Below are positions 16,882 to 26,700 of a stretch of DNA of 40,341 nucleotides, in pieces. Both the position numbers and the translations under genes were made by a program. The notes beneath the pieces were generated by a model. The model was given only the letters and a program-made list of their open reading frames with translations, was not told where the DNA came from and did no database searches. Each line of letters starts with the position of its first letter. The stretch's first letter is position 1. Origin of the DNA: an uncultured Pseudomonadales bacterium (GTDB lineage Bacteria; Patescibacteriota; Microgenomatia; UBA1400; RBG-16-45-19); contig CAZKMY010000001.1 in assembly GCA_964554085.1 (NCBI GenBank), forward strand, positions 4,949 through 45,289, read 5' to 3'.

Positions 16882-17220
16882 ATGGCATCACCATTTGGTT
16901 CCATCACTACTCCCATCACAGGTTACAAAGATCTCCAAGGAGGAGGACTTATTGACTTTATCTCCAATATTGTCAAGCTTGTTACAATCGGTGCCGGCCT
17001 CTTTGCGTTCATCAATCTCATCATCGCTGGATTTATATATATTTCCGCAGGATCAGATGCTAAAAAAACTACTGAAGCATGGTCAAAAATCTACATGAGC
17101 TTGATCGGTCTCGTTGTCATCGTCTCTTCGTATGCACTAGCCGGAATCATTGGTATGGTTGTTTTCAAAGACCCCACTGCCATTCTTTCCCCAAAAATCT
17201 ATGGACCAGGAGGAAATTAA
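16882..17220 (+). CDS. Pilin-like protein P4
   Basis: Start at ATG 16882 sits in the same taaaactatgg context as P3. Hairpin is LFAFINLIIAGFIYISAGSDAKKTTEAWSKIYMSLIGLVVIVSSY. Confidence 0.6.
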   Translation: MASPFGSITTPITGYKDLQGGGLIDFISNIVKLVTIGAGLFAFINLIIAGFIYISAGSDAKKTTEAWSKIYMSLIGLVVIVSSYALAGIIGMVVFKDPTAILSPKIYGPGGN

Positions 17221-17223
17221 CCC

Positions 17224-17619
17224 ATGATTTCTTCATTCTTACTCGCCCAAGCTGATGGAAAAGGTATCGGTACCGTCACCGGAATTGGTGCCTTTGTCCC
17301 AGTTGAAGCAAAGGGAACAGGTTTTACTTCATCAGGTACGGTTAATGAACTTTTCAGCGTTGTTATCAGTTTTCTTACCATTGTTGGAGGTTTATCTTTT
17401 CTCATCTACTTCCTTTTAGGGGGACTTAATTGGATATTGGCCGGTGGTGATGAGAAAAAAGTTGAAGTTGCCAAAAGTTATATGACCAATGGAGCTATTG
17501 GTTTGATTATTATCATTGGTTCATACGCTATCATATCGATTGTCGGAACCATTCTCGGCATCGAAATCATGAATCCCGGGCATTTACTCGATCAATTATT
17601 TTACAAGTCAGTAATTTAA
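17224..17619 (+). CDS. Pilin-like protein P5
   Basis: 131 aa. Hairpin is LSFLIYFLLGGLNWILAGGDEKKVEVAKSYMTNGAIGLIIIIGSY. Confidence 0.65.
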   Translation: MISSFLLAQADGKGIGTVTGIGAFVPVEAKGTGFTSSGTVNELFSVVISFLTIVGGLSFLIYFLLGGLNWILAGGDEKKVEVAKSYMTNGAIGLIIIIGSYAIISIVGTILGIEIMNPGHLLDQLFYKSVI

Positions 17620-17626
17620 GGCGGAT

Positions 17627-17959
17627 ATGTTACTTGCGGGCGGTGGAACCTCATACAGTTCAATTCAAAATCGAGCTATTACGAAGTATGGTGTTGGTGA
17701 CGGTGGCCAAAACCTAGGTCAGTTCATTGGTGACCTATATCGTGCTTGCGTCATGCTTGGCGGCATTGCCCTTCTCCTCTATCTTGCCTGGGGCGGCCTT
17801 AATTGGATTACTGCCGCCGGGGACGAGAAAAAAGTCGAAGTTGCCAAAGATCGAATTACCCACGCCTTTATTGGTATGGCTGTGCTTGTTGGCACCGCCG
17901 CCATCGCCAATCTTGCTGGCAAATTATTTGGTATGGATTTACTCAATCCATCATTCTAA
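17627..17959 (+). CDS. Pilin-like protein P6
   Basis: 110 aa. Hairpin is IALLLYLAWGGLNWITAAGDEKKVEVAKDRITHAFIGMAVLVG. The loop is nearly identical to that of P5. Confidence 0.65.
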   Translation: MLLAGGGTSYSSIQNRAITKYGVGDGGQNLGQFIGDLYRACVMLGGIALLLYLAWGGLNWITAAGDEKKVEVAKDRITHAFIGMAVLVGTAAIANLAGKLFGMDLLNPSF

Positions 17960-17977
17960 CTTGGAGTTATTAAGCAT

Positions 17978-18274
17978 ATGGCTAGTACAATCAAAATCCC
18001 CATCGAAGCCAACATTGGCAAAGACGTCCCCATGGACGCCGGCGCATATATCTCCAACATCGTCAATTTCATGCTCATTATTGCCGCCATCGCCACTTTT
18101 GGCTATCTCGTCTGGGGCGGCTTCAATTTTATGACCGCTTCAGGAGATTCAAAAAAAGTTGAACAGGCTCAACATAGAATCAGTAATGCACTCCTCGGTC
18201 TTGCCATTTGTGCTCTCTCTTGGGCCATCTTTCTCGTTGCCAACAACTTCTTTGGTTTAGGAGTGGTGAGATAA
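17978..18274 (+). CDS. Pilin-like protein P7
   Basis: 98 aa with GGAG 12 nt upstream. Hairpin is IATFGYLVWGGFNFMTASGDSKKVEQAQHRISNALLGLAICALSW. Confidence 0.65.
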   Translation: MASTIKIPIEANIGKDVPMDAGAYISNIVNFMLIIAAIATFGYLVWGGFNFMTASGDSKKVEQAQHRISNALLGLAICALSWAIFLVANNFFGLGVVR

Positions 18275-18275
18275 T

Positions 18276-18305
18276 TTGACATCTCTGGCACCAGATTAGT
18301 AAAAT
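18276..18305 (+). promoter_or_regulatory. Near-consensus sigma-70 promoter (TTGACA-18 nt-TAAAAT) for P8
   Basis: TTGACAtctctggcaccagattagTAAAAT, starting 2 nt after the P7 stop. Confidence 0.55.
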
Positions 18306-18326
18306 ATCAATTAACAATATTGCATG

Positions 18327-18368
18327 TAACTCGTACTTGTTTCTTGTTACTTGTTACTTGTATCTAAT
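18327..18368 (+). repeat. Pyrimidine-rich element, CTTGT subfamily, in the P8 5' leader
   Basis: taactcgtacttgtttcttgttacttgttacttgtatctaat. It shares cttgtttcttgtYacttgtatctaa with 5349-5383. Confidence 0.7.
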
Positions 18369-18386
18369 TATAAGGAGATAGTAATC

Positions 18387-18761
18387 ATGAAGAAATTTGC
18401 CCCCCTCGCCTCTTTGGCTGGACTCGTTGCTGCCGTCACCCCCGCTTTTGCGGTCGATGGTGTCAGTGTTCCCGCTCCCTCAGGATTTCAAATCACTGAT
18501 CTTGGCTTATTTATCAGTAAGGCTATCAGTGTCGCTTTAGTTATTGCCGCCATCCTTGTATTCGTCTACCTCGTCTGGGGTGGCTTACAATGGATCACCT
18601 CTGGTGGTGACAAGGGTAAAACTGAAGAAGCTCGTAACCGTATTACCGCCGCGTTGGTTGGTTTAGCCATTGTTGCGTGTGCTTGGGCCCTCATCCAACT
18701 CATCTCCAGTTTCTTTGGCATCGACATTGTCAACGGCGCCAAAAACATGAAGGCCTACTAG
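18387..18761 (+). CDS. Pilin-like protein P8, candidate major pilin
   Basis: ATG 18387 is preceded by AAGGAG (18372-18377). Signal peptide is MKKFAPLASLAGLVAAVTPAFA. Hairpin is ILVFVYLVWGGLQWITSGGDKGKTEEARNRITAALVGLAIVACAW. It has its own promoter and terminator. Confidence 0.7.
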   Translation: MKKFAPLASLAGLVAAVTPAFAVDGVSVPAPSGFQITDLGLFISKAISVALVIAAILVFVYLVWGGLQWITSGGDKGKTEEARNRITAALVGLAIVACAWALIQLISSFFGIDIVNGAKNMKAY

Positions 18762-18788
18762 GCTTTCTACAATTCTGTTAAAAAACAA

Positions 18789-18821
18789 CCCTCCGAAGCT
18801 TCATGCGTAGGGGGGTTTTTT
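18789..18821 (+). terminator. Rho-independent terminator after P8
   Basis: CCCTCC (18789-18794), then a 15-nt loop, then GGGGGG (18810-18815, one G-U pair), followed by TTTTTT. Confidence 0.55.
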
Positions 18822-18825
18822 ATAG

Positions 18826-18831
18826 TAAAAT
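18826..18831 (+). promoter_or_regulatory. -10-like hexamer TAAAAT, 6 nt upstream of the P9 ATG
   Basis: agTAAAATagtcccATG. The layout matches that at 27597-27611. Confidence 0.35.
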
Positions 18832-18837
18832 AGTCCC

Positions 18838-19215
18838 ATGAAAACAAGGTTAAAAATATCTTTCTTTCTACTTTCTACGTTCTACTTTCTGCTCGTCACC
18901 TCTCCCGTTCGCGCCGCTTGGGAAAAAGTTCAAGATGGCGACGTCGCTACTTTTGGCAGCTTGAGTAGCCTATTCACTAATATCTTAAGTATTACCTTGC
19001 GTCTGGTTGGCATTAGCATGTTTATTATGATTGTGGTCGGAGGGTTCAAATACCTCACTGCAGGGGGTGATTCCAAAGCCACCGAAGCCGCCCAAGGTAC
19101 CATCACCAACGCCATTATTGGCCTTGTTCTCGCCATCATGGCTTGGTTTATTCTTCTTGCCATCAAAGGGTTTACTGGTGTCGACGTCACAAAATTTAAC
19201 ATCATCACCCAATAA
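18838..19215 (+). CDS. Pilin-like protein P9
   Basis: 125 aa with signal peptide MKTRLKISFFLLSTFYFLLVTSPVRA. Hairpin is ISMFIMIVVGGFKYLTAGGDSKATEAAQGTITNAIIGLVLAIMAW. Confidence 0.65.
   Translation: MKTRLKISFFLLSTFYFLLVTSPVRAAWEKVQDGDVATFGSLSSLFTNILSITLRLVGISMFIMIVVGGFKYLTAGGDSKATEAAQGTITNAIIGLVLAIMAWFILLAIKGFTGVDVTKFNIITQ
18859..18892 (+). repeat. Pyrimidine-rich pseudo-tandem element (CTACTTTCT type) forming the P9 signal-peptide core
   Basis: tctttctttctactttctacgttctactttctgc, read as SFFLLSTFYFLL. Confidence 0.5.
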
Positions 19216-19222
19216 ATCGGTT

Positions 19223-21898
19223 ATGCCAAACTACCGTATTATCAAACTCTTCGCCTTCAGTAGCATTCTTGTTACCTGTCATCTCCTCTTCTCCAGTCCT
19301 GCACACGCCATTCAAGCGAAATGTGATACCCCCGATATCGATTACAAAGGTCCTTTTGCCACTTTATTTAAAGGAGCAGGAGCCAGCAGCAAAGACTGCT
19401 CCGTCCCCGATCCAGAAAATCCCGACCTTCCTGTCAACAAAGAGGTTATAGATAGTGGAAGAGTTTTTTGCAACAAAGGTTATCTTGAAGCCTCATTTCA
19501 TGGAAAAGATCCCAAAAATGTAAATCCAGCTGGAAAACAAGGTAAAGGCAATGTGTCGCTCAACGATGTCAGCACCTATGCCATGGGAGGAAATATTTTA
19601 GCCAATCTGAATAGTGAAGATAACGACAGACTTACTGCCTTTAAACGTGCCATTGAAGCGGTCGAAAATTACAATCGATCATCAATTTATCGTGTTGCCT
19701 ATTACGAGGGGGTGCGCACCTTTGATGGAGTTGAAGCTTGGGCCAAAAACAAACCCGGTCTCACCATTGATGGTCACCTCAATCCCTCCATTTTTGGTAC
19801 TGCTCAAACTCAAACCACGCTTGAATATCAGGTTAAAGATATTGAATTGACTGTGAGTGAAATTTATGACTGCAACTATGTTGATGGGTATGCTTCAACA
19901 CATCGCTGCAGTCCCGACTATTTCACCAAAAAAGGAGAGGATGAGCGCGCCTCAGATATTGCCAAAGAAATCGGTGCAATTCTTAAAGCCGACAACCTTA
20001 TGGAAACATGGGGTAATCTTACTGGTCCCCAGCAGTTTAAGGCCGCCTCACTTCACATTACACGCTCCAGTCCCACGTTCGTTGTCTTTGTTCCCGCCAA
20101 TGTCATGTGTTCGGGCAGTTATCTTTCCTGCGCTTTTCAGTGGTTGATGCAAAAACTAAGCGCAAACTATACATTAGCCGAAGAACCCGTTCCCTATTAC
20201 ATTGAGGCTATTCTTCCAGAATCAGCCAACATACTTGGCGGGATTAATGAAGAATACAACCGTTTTAATGCGCTGTCTGAAAATACTGCCCCTCCTCACG
20301 CATCAAGTCCGGCGGCCAACCTTTCCGCCAATGCCAACAATGTTGTCATTGATACGCAAAATATCGCTCCCTCAACCCTCCTTGCCAGTGTCGACGGCCC
20401 CTCAGCAGGAGAAGGTCCAAATGGGGGAACTGAAGTTCACGTCCAGGCGACAGGCGATAAAATGCTTGATGCACTTCTCAACCGTGTTATCAAATCATGT
20501 CCTGATTGTGGGTGCGGCACCATCGACAAAACCAATAATTACGGCTCCACCGCTGATGCGACAAAGAATAAAAACAACATTTTTTGGACTTTTATTCAAG
20601 ATGCTTTAAGTGCGCTGCAGGCAGGCGAAAAAATGGAGTTGTACCACATCTATACCATTTCCCCTCCCGACATTGTGGCTGCCAATAAACGTATCTCCGA
20701 AGATAAAAACTCCATGCTTCGAAAATTCATGCCGCTGGCTGACACCAACAGCAATCCGTACACAGGATTTGAGACTGAAATATACGTCGATCAAGATCTT
20801 TCAGGTAAAAGTGATGGTGAAACTAAACCGTCTCAGCCACATTGGTATGGTGAATACGAAACGATTCGAAATGATGATGGTAGCGTCACGGTTCAGAAAA
20901 AAATGATCATTGATTATTACACCTATCATGTCGGCACAGGCGAAATTACCCAGCCAGGGGGAAATATTACCAGTTATGTGGTAAAAAACAGGATTGGTAG
21001 CAATCGGCCACTTAACAGTTATGACAATTTTAATAGCAACAACCCGACAGGAAAAAGTGATCGGTGTTACTACGAGGATTTTATCCAGCCACTCGCTATG
21101 TCAAATGGGTTTGATATTGCCAAAAAAACCAAAGCAGATCAATTCCCTCAATCTTCTTGCGAGGACCCTATCAAACCAGGAATAGCTAAAGAAATCCTCT
21201 CCTGCACCCAGCAGCAAGAAATTCCTATCAAAGCAGAATGCCAACTCACCTGTGACTCATTCAATGGCTATACCATTCCCCCCTCACTTAAAAAAACCAT
21301 CGAACAAGCCGCTTCAGCGTTTAATATTCCTCCCGGACTATTATTAGGCGCCATGTATGCTGAAGGTGGTTTCGAACCCCGTTGTTCCGGCAGTGACAAC
21401 AGCTATTCTGACGACGAAATTCAAGCCATGCTTCAGTGCGACGCCACTTCCTGCTGTAATGGGAACGCGGGCCCATTCAGTCTTATTTCAGGATACGCAA
21501 AGAAAGCTATCTACCAAGCCAAGACTCGCGCCGGACTCACGGTAGATGAGAATAATCCTGGAAATGCGTGCAATATTTTCGACAGTGCACTGGCCATAGC
21601 CGACGTTATCAGTCGCCAACGCGGGTACAACAGTACGTTATGGTACAACACCGCCATGCAAGTGTGGTCAAGTCTTCCCGCTCGTCAAATTGAAGGAATT
21701 ACCAAAGCGGATGAAAAAATCGATTCATGCGGCGGTATTCCTTACACCAATCAGTCCACGTATAGTTGTCGTGGCTGGACCGACAGTCAAGCAGTAACCG
21801 CCATTCGACTTCAACAAGGATTTTGTGGTAATGGCAATAAATGGATGGATATACACCGTCAACAAATGCTGGACGTCTTTCATCAATGCAGTCAATAA
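19223..21898 (+). CDS. Large secreted Cys-rich protein with a C-terminal lytic-transglycosylase-like (VirB1/SLT-like) segment
   Basis: ATG 19223 gives the signal peptide MPNYRIIKLFAFSSILVTCHLLFSSPAHA; 891 aa. The C-terminal segment FNIPPGLLLGAMYAEGGFEP ... GPFSLI resembles SLT motifs I and II. The upstream track extension overlaps P9 and is rejected. Confidence 0.55.
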   Translation: MPNYRIIKLFAFSSILVTCHLLFSSPAHAIQAKCDTPDIDYKGPFATLFKGAGASSKDCSVPDPENPDLPVNKEVIDSGRVFCNKGYLEASFHGKDPKNVNPAGKQGKGNVSLNDVSTYAMGGNILANLNSEDNDRLTAFKRAIEAVENYNRSSIYRVAYYEGVRTFDGVEAWAKNKPGLTIDGHLNPSIFGTAQTQTTLEYQVKDIELTVSEIYDCNYVDGYASTHRCSPDYFTKKGEDERASDIAKEIGAILKADNLMETWGNLTGPQQFKAASLHITRSSPTFVVFVPANVMCSGSYLSCAFQWLMQKLSANYTLAEEPVPYYIEAILPESANILGGINEEYNRFNALSENTAPPHASSPAANLSANANNVVIDTQNIAPSTLLASVDGPSAGEGPNGGTEVHVQATGDKMLDALLNRVIKSCPDCGCGTIDKTNNYGSTADATKNKNNIFWTFIQDALSALQAGEKMELYHIYTISPPDIVAANKRISEDKNSMLRKFMPLADTNSNPYTGFETEIYVDQDLSGKSDGETKPSQPHWYGEYETIRNDDGSVTVQKKMIIDYYTYHVGTGEITQPGGNITSYVVKNRIGSNRPLNSYDNFNSNNPTGKSDRCYYEDFIQPLAMSNGFDIAKKTKADQFPQSSCEDPIKPGIAKEILSCTQQQEIPIKAECQLTCDSFNGYTIPPSLKKTIEQAASAFNIPPGLLLGAMYAEGGFEPRCSGSDNSYSDDEIQAMLQCDATSCCNGNAGPFSLISGYAKKAIYQAKTRAGLTVDENNPGNACNIFDSALAIADVISRQRGYNSTLWYNTAMQVWSSLPARQIEGITKADEKIDSCGGIPYTNQSTYSCRGWTDSQAVTAIRLQQGFCGNGNKWMDIHRQQMLDVFHQCSQ

Positions 21899-21966
21899 TA
21901 TCTTCTAAAAACGATTATCTTTCTCCTAGCGCCACACCATCATATGTTTTATAATACGGCGGTACT

Positions 21967-23652
21967 ATGAAAAAGTTTCTCACCACTCTTCTCATCATCT
22001 TCACCTGTTTCACCATCACTGCTCGACCTGTCGCCGCTGCTTTTCCCGCATTTCTCCCTGACTTTTCCAAAGAAATTCGTAATGCAGTTGCTACCAATTT
22101 AGGTAAATTTAGTGTTGAAAGCATTTTCCGTAGTGCTGGCACATTACTCTATGCGCTCATTGGTGATTTCCTCTATTTCTTCGAGTGCGATGGCATGCTG
22201 GATTACAACAATAGTCCTGATTCATATTACGGTGGCGGTATGATCCCCGGCATGGTTCAATACACGGCTCAACTTATGAATCGCCCGATAAAATCGTCGG
22301 AATATGTTGCTGACGTCTTGCACAACACCGGAATTGTGAAGCAAGCTTACGCTCAAGGCATGGGTTTTTCTGGTCTCACCCCAATCCTTCAGATCTGGAA
22401 AGGTTTCCGCAACCTCACCTATTTCATCTTTATTCTTATTTTCGTTGTTATTGGTTTTATGATCATGTTTCGAAAAAAGATGGGTTCAAACACCATTATC
22501 ACCATCCAAGAAGCTCTCCCCCGAATTATTGTCACGCTACTTCTCATCACCTTTTCCTACGCCATTGCTGGCTTTGTTATTGATCTCATGTATCTTTCCA
22601 TCATGATTATGATGGGTCTTCTCGAACAAGCAGGTGTTATTGTCAATGCCAAAGTCGCTATCAACACCCTCTTTGATCGTAATATTATTGGTATTGGCCT
22701 CAGTTATTTCACCGGTTTCACCGAGCCTGCTGGTCAAGCAGCCGAAGCCATGGGCCAACTTGTTTCTCAAGCAGTTGGTGGAGCACTTGGGCTAGCTACC
22801 AACGTTGTTTTTTATCTTTTCTTCGCCATTGCAGTCCTCATTGCAGTTGTCAAAACGTTTGTTCAACTTGTTATTGCCTATGTTGGAATTATTCTCTCCA
22901 CCATCTTTGCTCCCCTTCAACTTGTCGGCAATGCATTCCCTGGCAATGATTCGTTCAAAAAATGGTTCCAGGGTCTTATCGCCAATGCCGCTGTCTTCCC
23001 CGTTGCGTGCGGCATGATTGTTATCGGCGCGGCTATTGGTGGCAAATCAGTTATTTTGCCCACCGACAAATGTGCGGGTGAAAACGGTTTAGCAGTAGTC
23101 ACTCAACCAGAAAATGTTGGTTTTGAATACAAAGGTTTCATCCCTCCCCTTATTTATAGTGGTGGCATGTCAGATTGGAACAACAATACCCCTGGGTTTG
23201 GTAATAAATCCGGTGGTAGTGTAAATGCAGCCAAGGCCTTGATTGGTTTTGGTATCATTATGATGCTTCCTGAGGTCGTCAAGATCACCAAGAAGACGTT
23301 AGAAGTTAAGGATGAAGACTACGGCGGCATGGCTGTCAAGAACGCCCAATCCGGCGATCTCCTCTCTGGACCTCTCAAGATGGTTGGTAGCACCGCATTC
23401 TCTGGCCTTTCTCAAAGTTTCTGGTCTTCTCAATATGCCAACTTCGTTGCAGCGCAAGCTAAAAAGAGGGCTCAAGCTGCTCTTACTGCTAAACAGGCCA
23501 ATCTTACAACTCAAGCAAAATATGGGCGTTATCTTACCAAGCCTGTAAAAACGGGCACTGGAGCAACCCAAGCAGTTGGAGCAGCTCCCTCAGCTGTCGC
23601 AAATCAAACTCAAGTTGTTCCCCCTTCAGCTCCCCCACAATCTACAAAATAA
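21967..23652 (+). CDS. Polytopic membrane protein, TrbL/VirB6-like candidate
   Basis: 561 aa with a signal peptide, about 6-7 TM helices in the middle third, and a hydrophilic Ala/Gln/Pro-rich C-terminal tail. Its position next to the pilins and hydrolase supports the call. Confidence 0.5.
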   Translation: MKKFLTTLLIIFTCFTITARPVAAAFPAFLPDFSKEIRNAVATNLGKFSVESIFRSAGTLLYALIGDFLYFFECDGMLDYNNSPDSYYGGGMIPGMVQYTAQLMNRPIKSSEYVADVLHNTGIVKQAYAQGMGFSGLTPILQIWKGFRNLTYFIFILIFVVIGFMIMFRKKMGSNTIITIQEALPRIIVTLLLITFSYAIAGFVIDLMYLSIMIMMGLLEQAGVIVNAKVAINTLFDRNIIGIGLSYFTGFTEPAGQAAEAMGQLVSQAVGGALGLATNVVFYLFFAIAVLIAVVKTFVQLVIAYVGIILSTIFAPLQLVGNAFPGNDSFKKWFQGLIANAAVFPVACGMIVIGAAIGGKSVILPTDKCAGENGLAVVTQPENVGFEYKGFIPPLIYSGGMSDWNNNTPGFGNKSGGSVNAAKALIGFGIIMMLPEVVKITKKTLEVKDEDYGGMAVKNAQSGDLLSGPLKMVGSTAFSGLSQSFWSSQYANFVAAQAKKRAQAALTAKQANLTTQAKYGRYLTKPVKTGTGATQAVGAAPSAVANQTQVVPPSAPPQSTK

Positions 23653-23703
23653 AAGGGCTAAAGAGTTCTTTGAATTTAAAGAAATTTTCAAGAATCAGCA
23701 TTC

Positions 23704-26700
23704 TTAATCAGCATTAGACACTTCTTCTGACACAACTTCTTCTCTGTTTACTGCTTGCAATGCCTCAAGTTCTTGAGCTCTTTCAATCATCCTCTGCTCC
23801 AAATCACGCAGCCGTTCTTCAATAGCATCTGCTTGCATATTAATCGCTTCTTGGTATTCGCTCTTACTCGCGCCCATTCTCACTAAAATAGAATCAACAA
23901 TGTCTTGAGGAATAACTAATTTGTCTTCAATTTGATTCAATATTCTTAGATAATGAAGTTTTTCAGGATTGCTCTTTAATCCATAATTGCCCAAAACCTC
24001 ACGCTTGCCAACCTTCACCAATTCTACCCCATCTTTTGTTTCCATTTCCATTTCCTGTTGTATTTGCATCCCAAAACGGACATATGGTTTAACCAATTTA
24101 TTCCCCGTCTGTTTTCTTGCATTTACTGCCTTTTGAAGCTTTGCGCAAAGTTCTTTTTTACTCTCATTTCCCGTAATTGCGTCTTCGCTCGTCAGTTTTC
24201 CATCTTTAATCAAATTTCCAATATAATCTCGAGGATCAGACATGAATGGAAACACCACATTCCAATCTCCCACTGTCAATGCCTGCTGAATCTTTGAAAG
24301 CGCTTCCACCGAAACCTTCTCTGTGTCCAACTCGAGCAATGGAGTATCATCCAACTCAACCCCTTTCCCACTTCCCTTTATTTTAATAAATGCAATTTCG
24401 GCGGCTTTATCCCGCAACTGGAAACAATACAAAATGATATCCTCAATATTTTCATACCGTCTTTCTCCCGTGTACCCCATTGTTGAATGCACTTCTTTTA
24501 AATATTGCTCAACATACTCGTCCGCAAAACCCAAAGATTCCTTAGGATCTCTCATTCCAGCCATTACAAAAGCTGTTTCCATCCATTGTTTAGTAAGCCC
24601 CTCAAAAAACTCATCCGCTTTATATTTCATGATATCCGGCTTAACTCCCATCAACGCCTCAAGTCTTTTGTCGACAGCATTATTCATCGTTGGTACAAGT
24701 CGTGCCAAACCATCAGCATTAGCTTTCCAATGTTGAGGATATACTTTCAAATATTTAAATATATGATCCATTTGCCCAACAAGCATATTTTGACGCGTAT
24801 CTGCCTCATTTAATCTCTGCCAACCAAAAAAGCCAATAAACTCCTCTTCAGGCAGCCCCTCAATTTTACCCTTCAACAATTCAATTTGTGGTCGATAATT
24901 AATGTGTGCCAGAGCCTCACGATTTTCCTGATTCAAAAAATTGGTACGAAGAAGTTTAGATGCTTGATCAGCAGGAATTTCTTGAATCCCCATGGTGTTG
25001 TATTCATTAATGTGTGTGTTGTGATATTCCCCCGCCCAGTTAATCCAGTGGTCATAATTAGGGTTTGGCTTTGTACTCTCCTTAACAATATTCGCGATTA
25101 TGTTATTTGGAACTTGCATATTGAAATATGCCTGAGTTCTCCATTGAGACCGCTCCCACCGAGTCACCCCATGAATTGATTTAATTCGTAAAGCCAAATC
25201 ATCATTACTGTCAAGTTTATGAAGCGGGATTATCTTATCACCAACAGTTACCATAATTGGAGGAATAACAATTTCACGCCTCGTTAAATCAATTGGGTTT
25301 AATGAAGGAACATACGAATCAAGCGGGTTGCCCTCTTCAGCCACAGTAAACCAATCACAATTACCTTTTTTCCAAGACGGCCATATATTCCCCATCGGTT
25401 GGGCTAATACACGAAAATAGTTCGGATTATTATCATATGCCTCATCATAAATGTGTCGTTTAAGACCTTTGTCAGCTATCTCAGGTGAAAACAGGTTTCG
25501 TTTTCGCGCCAAATCCCACATCCAGGATAATTGAGTTACTTCGCCAAGTGCTAACGCCGAATTCTTCATCTGTACAAACGACACCAATAACTCAATCATC
25601 ATCTTTCTTGCTGCGGCCTCAGGATCGTTGGGAAATTGAGCTGCATAGTCTTTGACAAGAGGATGATCTTTTGTCAGTTCCTGGCCATCCATGGCCACTT
25701 CCCCAAAACGTTCAACCCGCTCCAACTGAACACCATTTTTCTTAAGTTGTTCCAACATTAAAGTCGCCAACCCATCCAAACCATCTCGTTCTTGATTAAT
25801 ATTTGGATTAGTTGCAACATTTTCACCAAATTTCTGTCGACCAAATAATATTTCTGCCTCGTTAGCAAACGATATTCGGACATCAGGATTTGTTAAGATT
25901 GCCTTTCTCTGTTCTGGAGTCATCCCCCTCATAGTCATCTCTGGCCCATTCCCTATATGAAAAAAAGTGTACCCCTCCGCATCACGTTTTATTTCCAATT
26001 TGTTATCACCTTCCAGTAATGCAAAAAGTTCACCAGCTCCCAAAATAAAGCCACTCTCTCGATGATTTCTTAATTCTTTCCCCATGCCATCCGTCTTAAC
26101 ACTTCCATCCTCATTTAAAAGAGGTCCTATGTCCTCAACAACCTTAATGGGTTTGTGAAAAGCACTTAACACTGACTGGATTCCATTTTCCGTTGGTGGG
26201 GGAACTCGATCAACTTCTTTTTCTGTTGATCCCAACATTTCCTTCCGATATTCATCCAAAGCATGTATTGAATCTGGAAGTAAATTATAGAGTTCGGGGG
26301 CATCTCCTCCCTCCGCACCAAACGCCCGAACTGAATACTCAAATCTAGATCGATTAGGTATCCCTCTCCGACAAATGTTTGATACATGAAATTGACACGC
26401 CCTGACAATCCGAGCAAGTCGAACGTGCTCTGGCTTTGGATTTAACAAATTAAATCCTTCAGGCATCCCTCGATAATCTGGAAGAAATATGTGAGGATAT
26501 CCGTCCCGTAAAATTTTCCACCCCTTATAACCATGCTTTTCCCCTGGATCAGTTACCAATATGTTTGTGAAAGACTCTGATCCGCCCATTTCTGCCAAAT
26601 GTTGTGCAAACTCCTTCATTGCTCCCGAGTCGCCCTGGAAATATTCCATCATCCCTTCCATTTCCTCGGCACCAATACTTGATCTAAGCCGATCAATTGG

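Noticed and set aside
16578-19215. Whether the regularly spaced repeated motif could be a CRISPR-like or other non-coding tandem array.
   Set aside because: The repeat unit is 300-400 nt, each unit is a complete ORF with start and stop, and conservation is at the protein level (hairpin motif) rather than the nucleotide level. No short direct repeats with unique spacers exist anywhere in the window.
19031-19222. Upstream extension of the 955-aa ORF overlapping P9.
   Set aside because: It overlaps the P9 coding sequence in another frame. ATG 19223 gives a canonical signal peptide 8 nt after the P9 stop.
23653-23704. AT-rich palindromes (ttctttgaatttaaagaa; aagaatcagcattctt) between the convergent VirB6-like and orphan genes, as a bidirectional terminator.
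   Set aside because: The stems are only 6 bp, all A/T-rich, and have no adjacent T-run. This is too weak to report as a feature.
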